DNA of 64,000 nucleotides from an uncultured Candidatus Saccharibacteria bacterium (GTDB lineage Bacteria; Patescibacteriota; Minisyncoccia; Phycocordibacterales; PCTT01): NCBI GenBank assembly GCA_964566505.1, contig CAZMIM010000001.1, positions 132,581 to 196,580 of the forward strand, read 5' to 3'. Shown piece by piece: positions 1 to 8,470 of this stretch (position 1 is its first letter; each line of letters starts with the position of its first letter). The notes under the pieces were generated by a model. It saw only the letters and a program-made list of their open reading frames with translations, ran no database searches and was not told where the DNA came from. The position numbers and the translations under genes were made by a program.

Positions 1-1462
1 TCTGATTGTACCCTTCAACTATAAATGGAATAAATTCCGTTATGGGACGAGTCCCTTCGAACGGTTGATTCTTGCTCGAACCAAGAACACCCGGAGATTG
101 AGCAATCCTTATTTGATCTGTTCCTCTACCCTCGATAGTATTGACATCTACTGTCGTTTTTTGTCCTTCAGGACTGCTGATACCGCTAATATCTAACGCG
201 TACTCATAGTCTTTTGCCCATATTTTCGTTGGCAGAAGGCCCAGTCTCAAGACTGAGTCCTTCATTAACTTCATACTAGGGTTTAGGTATACGTCATCCT
301 TGGTATTCACGGGCTCTCTATTGTGAAACAAAGATTCCAGATCAATAAGTATAGGATGATCCGAGCACGCGATGATATTCTCATGATGGAAATCGGTAGC
401 ATCAAGCATGTACAAGAGAGCCATGAGTCCACCGAGTCTAGTGTAATATCTCTCGATATCGGTTTCGGTATCGCATGTTTTGTGCTCTACAAACTCCGCA
501 TAGCCGTAATTATCGCACTCTAGTATTTTTATCGGTCGAAACTCTAGTGTTTGCGCATCTCGACTCAGGTTTCGTAGTAGTTCTTGAAATTCCGTCTCGA
601 CCCGCATTCCTCTCGGCTTATAGACGATGCGAGTGCCACATTCATACTCAAGAATTCTGACAGATTGACCTTCATTGTGAACATCTCCGGCTTCGACAGA
701 GATCGATGTGATTGTAGATTTGGTATGGAGGAAGGTTTCGGTTATTCGTTCATGATCATTATTAAGCCTTGTAAATAACCGTATCGAATTCTTTCTCCAA
801 TTGTCACACGAATGGATAATTCTACGAGCAAGCACCGGATATTCTTCAAAAATCTCAGCTCGTCTATCAGCCCCCAACAGTTGTTCACAGAAGTTGTAAA
901 AACCCTCCTCAGACGTCGGAGAGTCATGTGCTTCACGTAGTCGGGACACGTTTATTTCTAAAATCATAGTCCGATGAATCATCATACCTAACCGAGCTAA
1001 TAGCTCAGTTTTAAATGATTCCAGAGCAGTTTTTCGGGAGATGGCGATCTCCCTGATGTGAACATTGTGAAGATCTGATTCTAGTTTCTCCAAATAGTAG
1101 ATGATAAGAGGTCGCACCAGATTCAAAAATCCAATCTTTTCCGGCAGATCATAATTGTGTGCCTTGGACTCCAATGTGCTGGCGAAAGCTTTAGTAAATC
1201 GAGAGTACCAGCCAGAAACATCATCAACTTCAGAACTCGTTGAGTTGTTGCTTGTCGCAGACTCGATGAGCTCCAGAGGCACTCCGTAAACTCGAGCCTT
1301 AAGGTCACTAGTGTCGAAAAGTGATGTTGTGGGAATTGTCTTCCAAGCAGAAAAGAGATCGGCATTACTACTTGAATCAGCCGACTCAACGTTTTTAGTA
1401 TTTAAGCTGAGTCGCTCCTCAAGAAGCCTCGTCCTGTTAATAGCATTTGAAGTCAGTATCAT
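1..1462 (-). CDS. lanM: Class II lanthipeptide synthetase LanM, N-terminal dehydratase region (partial; ORF open to window edge)
   Basis: My reverse-complement read from ATG at 1460-1462 gives an uninterrupted ~487 aa frame (MILTSNAINRTRLLEE...). It contains the LanM kinase-like motif ATDFHHENIIACSDHPILIDLESLFH. Missing from the ORF track because no stop falls inside the window. Sits directly 3' of two LanA-like peptides. Confidence 0.65.
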   Translation of the reverse strand, partial: MILTSNAINRTRLLEERLSLNTKNVESADSSSNADLFSAWKTIPTTSLFDTSDLKARVYGVPLELIESATSNNSTSSEVDDVSGWYSRFTKAFASTLESKAHNYDLPEKIGFLNLVRPLIIYYLEKLESDLHNVHIREIAISRKTALESFKTELLARLGMMIHRTMILEINVSRLREAHDSPTSEEGFYNFCEQLLGADRRAEIFEEYPVLARRIIHSCDNWRKNSIRLFTRLNNDHERITETFLHTKSTITSISVEAGDVHNEGQSVRILEYECGTRIVYKPRGMRVETEFQELLRNLSRDAQTLEFRPIKILECDNYGYAEFVEHKTCDTETDIERYYTRLGGLMALLYMLDATDFHHENIIACSDHPILIDLESLFHNREPVNTKDDVYLNPSMKLMKDSVLRLGLLPTKIWAKDYEYALDISGISSPEGQKTTVDVNTIEGRGTDQIRIAQSPGVLGSSKNQPFEGTRPITEFIPFIVEGYNQ

Positions 1463-1518
1463 AGCTTAACATAAGCGACGTCAGCACCTCCCTCCAGGTG
1501 CTTTCGCCGTGTTGATGA

Positions 1519-1797
1519 TTAGCAACATCCAAACGTTAGTGCAGCGCAGGTTCCTTCCTCGTTACACCTTGACACATCACAGCTGAAACAGCTGATTAGT
1601 ATCGTTACCGTTATAGTGCACATTGCTCCGGTACATTGAGCGGTTGGCACATCCTCCGCACCCCCATGTATCATCCTAAGCTCCTCATCCCCAGCGACAA
1701 GCTCTCCTGCTGGATTTGGAAGTCTTGATGAGTCAATGGTTGGTGTTGATTCTCTGTAGGGAGATTTCCACTGCTGAATTATCTGTTCCTGAGTCAT
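1519..1797 (-). CDS. Lanthipeptide precursor peptide (LanA-like), GG-type leader plus Cys-rich core
   Basis: 92 aa. Leader ends ELRMIHGG; 46 aa core AEDVPTAQCTGAMCTITVTILISCFSCDVSRCNEEGTCAALTFGCC (8 Cys, many Thr/Ser). Strong SD aaaggagg 6 nt upstream of ATG. Confidence 0.75.
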   Translation of the reverse strand: MTQEQIIQQWKSPYRESTPTIDSSRLPNPAGELVAGDEELRMIHGGAEDVPTAQCTGAMCTITVTILISCFSCDVSRCNEEGTCAALTFGCC

Positions 1798-1812
1798 GTT
1801 ATCCTCCTTTGT

Positions 1813-2070
1813 TTAGGCGCAACAGCCGATTGATAAAATTTCGCATGTACCACATGGGAATGATTCCCCCCTAGTACAGGCGAAAGTTGTCGTGCATCCT
1901 TCAGTACAACATGCTCCATTGGTACTACAAGACATGCAATCTTCTGCCCCTCCAGAAATGGAGGCCAATTCGGCATCTTCCAATTCGACTTTTCCTGCTG
2001 GGTTGTCAACACCAGCATCAGCCGAATAAAATGAGCTTTTCCAAGATGAAATCAACTTTTCGTGATCCAT
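1813..2070 (-). CDS. Lanthipeptide precursor peptide (LanA-like), GG-type leader plus Cys-rich core
   Basis: Leader ...KVELEDAELASISGG then core AEDCMSCSTNGACCTEGCTTTFACTRGESFPCGTCEILSIGCCA (10 Cys). The track ORF 1813..2127 appears to begin at a TTG; the ATG at 2070 (MDHEKLISSWKSS...) is the more likely start. TAA stop sits immediately before the SD of the next peptide. Confidence 0.7.
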   Translation of the reverse strand: MDHEKLISSWKSSFYSADAGVDNPAGKVELEDAELASISGGAEDCMSCSTNGACCTEGCTTTFACTRGESFPCGTCEILSIGCCA

Positions 2071-2220
2071 TGTATTCTCGTTTCTGTTGTAGTTCTTGCG
2101 TCTGACACACTTATCCTGTTGATTCAACCAAAAGGCCGAATCACCCGGGACAGGAGTAATGTGTCAGTATGAAGGTCCTTGCCCGATTCAGACTCTATGG
2201 CTGGTAGACTCCAAATGCGG

Positions 2221-4296
2221 TCACAATTCGAATATCTGATCTGCATTTTCTAGAACCGAGGCCCGGTGCGAAATGAATATGACCGTCGTAGGTAGCTTTT
2301 TCATATTCCTGAATATTCTACGTTCAGTCTCTTCGTCTATGTTTGATGTTGCCTCATCTAAAATGAGTAGCGATGGGTTTCTAAGAAGTGCTCTCGCTAT
2401 AGCCATTCGCTGAAGTTGTCCTCCTGAGATTCCCGTTGAGTTTTCACCTAAGACCGTCTGATATTTTAAAGGCCACGATTCAATCTCGCTTCTAATACAT
2501 GCCATTTCGCAGGCATTCTTGACTTGCTCGTCATCAACCCCGGGCCGGGACATCGTTAAGTTTTGCAGAATGCTTCCCGGAAAGACTTTGGGGTCCTGCA
2601 TAACGTACCCAATGCGCTTTCTATCCATAACGCCAAGGGGCCTCTTTCCATCAATATCCTGTACTTCTATTATGCCCGACGTTGGTTCGTAGATCGATGT
2701 CAATAATTGAACTAAAGTGGTTTTACCTATTCCAGATGGACCGACGATTGCCATCATTTGGCCCGCAGGAAGTTCAAATGAAACCTTGTCCAGGATTTTC
2801 GGAGAGGTTTTGGAATAAGAAAAACTGACATTTTGATAGCGAAGCCCAAGCGCTCGTCCGCCCAACTCTAAATGCGTATCGTGATTTTGGACGTTATCGA
2901 CCTCCTCTGACTTCAAATGCGCTATTTCATCCATCCTCTCAAGGTGTCCCCCAACAAGCTGAACTTGCTGAACGGTAGTAACAATCGACGACAATGGCCC
3001 CAAGACTGAGGATGCCAGAGACGATGCAGCAATTACATCGCCAATTGTCATATTGCCGCTAATAACATTACTCGCTCCGATTACAATAATCACTATCGGT
3101 GTATTGGCTCTTACAACTTGAGTAACAGCAGACACTAGTGTTAGGAAGGAATATCTCTGCAACACGCCATTTTGAGAAATCCCGAACTCCTCTCTCCATT
3201 GGTTATATGACTCAGTTTCTCCCCCACTTGCTTTGGACAGCAACAAGGTCTTCAAAACATCCACCAACTTTGATTGCGAGGAAGACTTCTTTTTTATCTC
3301 TTCTCGAGACAATCGATAGATAGCTTTATTGGAAAGCGCGAGAATAGATAGCTGCGCCAGACTGACACCAGCCACTAGTAAAGCAATCATGGGAGACAAC
3401 AGATACACTACCGCTAGGTACAGCGCAATCTTAACTAAATTGATTACTGACGGAACAACTTGGCCAACGACGAGGTCTCGTACCAATGCAGTGGCATTTA
3501 CACGCATTACCATATCACCAACGCGAATCCCAGATAATTCAGAATATTTCTTGTTTAGCAGTGACCGAACGAGTTGGTGAGTGACCTTAATATCGATCTT
3601 CAGCTTGATCAGACTCGAAACATTTCCACCGATTATATTGTTAAGTATTTGAAGCGAGGTTAACCCAATGAATAGCAGAAGAGTTATCTGCAGTAATTCT
3701 GTGGACTCGTTTGGTATAGCAGTATCGATTATTAACTTTGTGGCCAAGGGTGGAAGAAGCCCGAAAACTCCGCCAATAAGCGATGAGGCAAAGAGGACAC
3801 CGATAAAAGATCCAATACCATCGATGGAGAGAACATTGCGACTGTACTTGATCCACTTAGTGTGCCATGCTTCTACATAAGAGCCTTTGACGTGTGAATG
3901 TCTTAGTACAACTCCTCGGTACTTTTCTTCGAACTCCTCCTTGGTTAATACTTGGCGACCAATAGCAGGATTGAATATTTGAATTTTGCCGGGACGGGCT
4001 CCTTCGAACAAAACAAAATGCGCTGGCCCCCAGTGCAGTAGACCAGGTGAATTCTCATCCAGAAATCCGTCAGCCGACATTTTGTATACAGAACAACTAA
4101 CCCCGTGCTCGGTAAGGACGTTTTTGATATCAGCTAGGCTCGCTCCATCTCTTGCGTTTCCGAGATTGTAGGAGAGATCTCCGCTGTCGTACGGCCTCTT
4201 TAGATAGCGCATTATTGACTTAACGCATGCGATAGCGCAGTCGGATTGAGTGATCTGAAATACCTCAGGATATCGATGACGCCTACCGTATTTCAT
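2221..4296 (-). CDS. lanT: Bacteriocin/lanthipeptide-processing ABC exporter with N-terminal C39 peptidase (LanT/SunT type)
   Basis: 691 aa. N-terminus QSDCAIACVKSIM...HFVLFEG is the C39 Cys/His pattern. Six-TM region. Walker A GPSGIGKTT, ABC signature LSGGQLQRMAIARAL, Walker B LLILDEAT. Confidence 0.85.
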   Translation of the reverse strand: MKYGRRHRYPEVFQITQSDCAIACVKSIMRYLKRPYDSGDLSYNLGNARDGASLADIKNVLTEHGVSCSVYKMSADGFLDENSPGLLHWGPAHFVLFEGARPGKIQIFNPAIGRQVLTKEEFEEKYRGVVLRHSHVKGSYVEAWHTKWIKYSRNVLSIDGIGSFIGVLFASSLIGGVFGLLPPLATKLIIDTAIPNESTELLQITLLLFIGLTSLQILNNIIGGNVSSLIKLKIDIKVTHQLVRSLLNKKYSELSGIRVGDMVMRVNATALVRDLVVGQVVPSVINLVKIALYLAVVYLLSPMIALLVAGVSLAQLSILALSNKAIYRLSREEIKKKSSSQSKLVDVLKTLLLSKASGGETESYNQWREEFGISQNGVLQRYSFLTLVSAVTQVVRANTPIVIIVIGASNVISGNMTIGDVIAASSLASSVLGPLSSIVTTVQQVQLVGGHLERMDEIAHLKSEEVDNVQNHDTHLELGGRALGLRYQNVSFSYSKTSPKILDKVSFELPAGQMMAIVGPSGIGKTTLVQLLTSIYEPTSGIIEVQDIDGKRPLGVMDRKRIGYVMQDPKVFPGSILQNLTMSRPGVDDEQVKNACEMACIRSEIESWPLKYQTVLGENSTGISGGQLQRMAIARALLRNPSLLILDEATSNIDEETERRIFRNMKKLPTTVIFISHRASVLENADQIFEL

Positions 4297-4760
4297 AGAA
4301 TGTCAATCTCGAGGAGTTTTACCAATCGAGCAGATTCAAGATCATATTCGTCACATCTGCCGCTCCATTCTCCAGTCAACAAAGCACCACTTTGTTCGTA
4401 ATCAATTTCCATAGGAATCGGGAAAGCAATAGCTGCTTCCACGCTTTCTAGACGGCTAGCCGAAGGGATTTCAAGTCTGATTTCTCGAGCATCGCTCCGA
4501 AAGATTGAGTACCTGATTTTATCGCGATCAATTAGTTCGTAAACACATCTCTGATCGGTCGTCGATTGGACAAGAAGCTCTATATCAAGATTAGATATGT
4601 CTACGCCAACCTCGGTTTTATAAAGTTTTAAGCCGGCAACAGTTGATAATACAAGAAAGAACAGCGTAAGGGATAGAAGATAAAGCCATCCTTTTCTGTT
4701 AAAGATTGCTGGGAGGCAACGGCTTCCGTATTCCCTATTTATGTCCGACACGTCGAGCAT
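4293..4760 (-). CDS. Hypothetical single-pass membrane protein (possible accessory or immunity protein of the cluster)
   Basis: 155 aa. One N-terminal TM (WLYLLSLTLFFLVLSTVAGL), no recognisable motif. Overlaps lanT start by 4 nt, so operonic. Confidence 0.4.
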   Translation of the reverse strand: MLDVSDINREYGSRCLPAIFNRKGWLYLLSLTLFFLVLSTVAGLKLYKTEVGVDISNLDIELLVQSTTDQRCVYELIDRDKIRYSIFRSDAREIRLEIPSASRLESVEAAIAFPIPMEIDYEQSGALLTGEWSGRCDEYDLESARLVKLLEIDIL

Positions 4761-4764
4761 AGGA

Positions 4765-7125
4765 CTATGAGATATTCAATACTACTGGCGATGATACAGC
4801 GGATCGAAAAGAAATCACGCTGATAGCGACGGTGAGAACAACCAGTGACAAACTGACTGCACCGGCAAAAAGGCAAACATAAAACGAGGACAATATTTGG
4901 GGGTCCGTACTGGTCAAAGAACGGTAGACTATCAAGGATATCGGAATGTTAAGTATGCCCAACCCCAATACTATCAGGATATCTTTCTGAAACACCTTTA
5001 AGTAGATTCTTACTTTTGAAGACTCAAAAAGCCTATGAATACTCATTGTCTGCAAAAGGGCTCGATGTCGAGCAACAGCAAATATCCAAGTCCCAAATAT
5101 TGAGAGTACAAACAATGCCAGAGCTACGATGCTGTAAAGATGTGAAGCGGCTCTCTCGCTTTCATATAACTTGTCAAGTAGCTGGTCACCAAAAGAGGCC
5201 ATGAATGGTCTCATGGTCGAATATTCTGTCCAGACAGATTCGATAACTGAAACCTGTTGAGGGTCCTCAATGTCAATCAGCACTTTCCCAGCAGACCTGT
5301 AGTTTTCAGGCAGTGTTATAACGTTGGGACCATTTCTAGTGTATTTCGTGTCTTGCCATGTATCTGTTACTACTCCAACAACTTGAACATCATCTACGAC
5401 CAAAACTCCATTTACTGATCTCTGTAGCTGAATAGTTTGGCCCGTCCACGGTTGCCCGAGGTATTGTTCTGCGAATATTTCATTGACAACCGCGTGCTCT
5501 CTCGCATTGTGTTTCCTTGTATCCAAAAGCTCCCCCTCAATGAGCGTTCCTTTAAAAATGAGGGACTCTTCTTCAGAAACCATGAAGTGTGGTAGAGCTA
5601 CAACCTGATCGGTTCTAGCATCGCGAAATCCGATCTTGAACGGGTTTCTACCCGGAAGGCTCGAAGCCCTCGAGACTGTCTGAATACCTTCGATATTTAG
5701 TGCCTCTCTAAAAACACTAAAGTTGCTCTCGCTTGATAGAGACCATGCATCATCTACCACAACTGTACCCTCATAGCTCGTATTGACCATCTGCGACTTG
5801 TAGGCCTCAATTTCCCAGAACGAAAGGCCTGATATCGAAACGACAATAAGTAGAATGAGGAGCCGACTACTTTCGACAAGAGAGCCAGAAGTTCGATCTA
5901 TTGGATGAGAGTGATTTCTCATTTTAAATACACCGATCACAGCTGGAACCAGTACTACCACGAGATTCAGCAATACAAACGACGCAGCCAACGTGAGGAC
6001 CACGACTCCCATGTAGAAGCCACTATCGTCGTAATACTTGCCGAATTCTCCTTGACTCATCAAGAGCACACCCAGTTGTGCAACTCCCGCCACAAGGGAG
6101 ACTACAAGCGCTGTAAGAAGGGTCACTACTGCAAAATTTTCCTTACCAACTGAGGCAGGGCTAGCCCCACAAACATATTTTTGCGTCGTGAGCCTAGACA
6201 TTTTTGAGAAAATCTCTTTCAAAAGATATATATAACTCACTCCAGCCATCAGGAGGATGAGTACTCCAATTCCCAGTATTGCCCAAATCGATCTCTTGTT
6301 TGGGCCAGACGATAGTTCGTTTGCTCGGTGAGAGTTTAAATAAATATCATGTAGAGGCTGGACAACAATAGCCAAATTAGCGGTTGTCTCTTCCCCAAAT
6401 CTGGCAACCAAGTCTTCGCTGATATCTTTTTCGAGTTCATGTGCCGTTGTTCCAGAAGGCGTTTTGACATAGGTGTACATCGACAGAGAATTGGGAAGAA
6501 CTGCCGTAAGTAAAAAATCGTATGCAATGTGTGATCTGTATTCTGCTGGGTCAATGACAGCTCTAATCTCATACTGATCGAGGTTGGGGTTTTCCCCAGT
6601 ACCCCTAAGTAATACTTCCCCTATAACGTCTTCCCGGCCGAAATACTTCTTTGCGAAACGGGGAGTTACGATTGCGCTATTAGGTGATTTCAGCGCCAGA
6701 TCCAAACTTCCGTATCGGGCTTCTAGGGGGAATATTTTAGCAAAAAGACTGTCTACGTAGAAATATCGACTTTCCGAAAAAGCGCCATCATAATTTCCAT
6801 CTGTTGAAAAAAGGTGAGAAGTACCAACGGATAGAAATCCCGTTTTCAAGCTGATGTTTGATAGTCGCTTTTCAATGTCAAGTAGAAATTGACCAGGTAT
6901 TGTTGCCGCTCGTTGGATAGTTCCAGATCCAGGTGCACCAAAATCAACTGCGATTCTAAATATGTTTTCCGAACCTGGTATTTGCCGGTCATAGCTCAAT
7001 TGAGTTAATGAATAGGCGAGCAACAGAACAGCAATGGCGGCCCCTAGAGCTATAAATACGCATGACCACAACCAGTGATTGCCAGTAGTTTTTAAGCACA
7101 AAACACATCGCCTAGTAAAACTCAT
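4765..7125 (-). CDS. FtsX/MacB-like ABC transporter permease with large periplasmic domains (no cognate ATPase in window)
   Basis: 786 aa. N-terminal TM, MacB-like periplasmic segment (...SAIVTPRFAKKYFG...), two blocks of about four TM helices typical of double-FtsX permeases. Confidence 0.7.
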   Translation of the reverse strand: MSFTRRCVLCLKTTGNHWLWSCVFIALGAAIAVLLLAYSLTQLSYDRQIPGSENIFRIAVDFGAPGSGTIQRAATIPGQFLLDIEKRLSNISLKTGFLSVGTSHLFSTDGNYDGAFSESRYFYVDSLFAKIFPLEARYGSLDLALKSPNSAIVTPRFAKKYFGREDVIGEVLLRGTGENPNLDQYEIRAVIDPAEYRSHIAYDFLLTAVLPNSLSMYTYVKTPSGTTAHELEKDISEDLVARFGEETTANLAIVVQPLHDIYLNSHRANELSSGPNKRSIWAILGIGVLILLMAGVSYIYLLKEIFSKMSRLTTQKYVCGASPASVGKENFAVVTLLTALVVSLVAGVAQLGVLLMSQGEFGKYYDDSGFYMGVVVLTLAASFVLLNLVVVLVPAVIGVFKMRNHSHPIDRTSGSLVESSRLLILLIVVSISGLSFWEIEAYKSQMVNTSYEGTVVVDDAWSLSSESNFSVFREALNIEGIQTVSRASSLPGRNPFKIGFRDARTDQVVALPHFMVSEEESLIFKGTLIEGELLDTRKHNAREHAVVNEIFAEQYLGQPWTGQTIQLQRSVNGVLVVDDVQVVGVVTDTWQDTKYTRNGPNVITLPENYRSAGKVLIDIEDPQQVSVIESVWTEYSTMRPFMASFGDQLLDKLYESERAASHLYSIVALALFVLSIFGTWIFAVARHRALLQTMSIHRLFESSKVRIYLKVFQKDILIVLGLGILNIPISLIVYRSLTSTDPQILSSFYVCLFAGAVSLSLVVLTVAISVISFRSAVSSPVVLNIS

Positions 7126-7261
7126 TTTGCACGTTAGTGGCTACTTGCTGATTCGGAAAGTCCTCTTCGCCGTTTCGGGAAAGCGCTACTGCAATATTGA
7201 TGGGTCATACTCAGAAATGCAAGTTCGATCAACTATTAATTCCTATGTCTTGCGCTTGATC

Positions 7262-7291
7262 GTTATAGACAGTTGAGACACTGTCTATAAC
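7262..7291. promoter_or_regulatory. Perfect 12-bp inverted repeat (gttatagacagt-N6-actgtctataac) upstream of the permease/lan operon; candidate operator
   Basis: Read directly in the sequence, about 140 bp upstream of the FtsX permease start on the operon's 5' side. Confidence 0.3.
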
Positions 7292-7689
7292 GAAATTTCT
7301 GTCTGAACTACGACACAATGGTTTATTGACCTTCAATATGAATTCTGCCATTGTCTATTGGCCGATGAGAAGTTGATGGATGGTCTGTGAGCACGCAAAA
7401 GTGTACCGGTACAAGCGCCTCACCAAATCGGAAGTGCTTCCGTCACATCAACGAAAGAGTGAACCTGGGGGCTCATTAATTTTGAGGGCCGAAGGCGATG
7501 TGAGTTTAGTTGCACTAAGAGCAAAGAGTTTGGAGGGCGGGTCACGGTCTGCGTCCACTTGAGCAATCACGAGAATGGTAGCGCGGCTGATTGGAGCCAT
7601 CGTATCTTGGTAAATGGATATATACTCGCTAGTGATCGTCCTAAAATTGCCACCATTTGCTCCAAAGTTGGGGACTAGTCCTCTCCTTC

Positions 7690-8260
7690 ATGACCATCCA
7701 TACCATCCCTGAAAATCCGGTGGCTTTGTTAGGTGAGTACTGCGTCGAATAGCTCTTCTCCTCAGCAGTTGTAGTAGTTCTCCTCGTACTCTCCCGTCGG
7801 GATGTCGCTGTGGAGCTCATGGAGGTGGTTATCGTAGAGTCACCAAACCCAATTGTTGGTAACGATTTCAGCGTTTACTAGGCCTCTCCATGGTCACTCC
7901 TCGCGGATCAGTTTCTTCTTGTTGAGACCAATTGAGATTTCTGCGAGGGCGTTGTTACACGAATCACTTGTACTGCCAAAAGAGAGCTCAATTCTCGCCT
8001 TAGAAAAATGCTCTCTGTTGTTGATGGACAGGTATTCGACTCGACGTCTGATTGATGGATCAGCTCCTACTTACGGGCCTCTGCCCATTCGTAAATGGCC
8101 TGTTCCAGAGCATCGAGCATTAGGTCACTTTTCAGCTAGTACACGTAGTTGGTTTGAATATGCTGGCCTAAATGACAGTGTCAAAAACCATCGCGGGGAC
8201 CGTACCACTAATGTATCATGGTCGTGCTGAACATTGATAATCCCATGGGCCGCTTGTAGT
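7690..8260 (-). pseudogene. Decayed IS3-family transposase OrfB remnant (multiple frameshifts and stops)
   Basis: Minus-strand translation gives fragments like ...SDSCNNALAEISIGLNKKKLIREEW... and ...LYDNHLHELHSDIP. These resemble the IS3 OrfB C-terminal blocks (CWDNAxAESFFgtLK...; FYNxxRxHSxLGYxSP) but are broken. No intact ORF. Confidence 0.3.
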
Positions 8261-8275
8261 TACAATATGATAGTT

Positions 8276-8325
8276 CCTGACTCTGGATCAGGAGGTTCCA
8301 GGTTCGAATCCTGGTAGGGCAACCA
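8276..8325 (+). other. tRNA-Gln(CUG) 3' half (anticodon arm, T-arm, acceptor 3' strand, CCA); the 5' half is absent, so this looks like an att-site remnant
   Basis: Anticodon stem cctga/tcagg with loop ctCTGga; T-arm ccagg-ttcgaat-cctgg; acceptor tagggca-a-cca. Upstream sequence cannot pair into an acceptor or D arm. Confidence 0.55.
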
Positions 8326-8330
8326 CTTGA

Positions 8331-8378
8331 AAAGCCCCGTAATGATGCCCATTAGGCTCATACGGGGCTTTTTCTTTG
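8331..8378 (+). terminator. Rho-independent terminator
   Basis: aaagccccgta...tacggggcttttt hairpin followed by a T-run. Confidence 0.6.
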
Positions 8379-8470
8379 TTTTGAACTCCCGCTTAGATTC
8401 GGTTGCACCTGAGTATGTTTTGGCAAGTTTGAGTCGTTTTTCGTATCACTAGAGTATCACTTGATACGAT

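Noticed and set aside
1794-2127. ORFs 1794..2018(-) and 1887..2105(+) and the TTG-initiated extension of LanA1
   Set aside because: They overlap the two precursor genes in other frames or on the other strand. The precursors have SD sequences and a coherent leader/core architecture.
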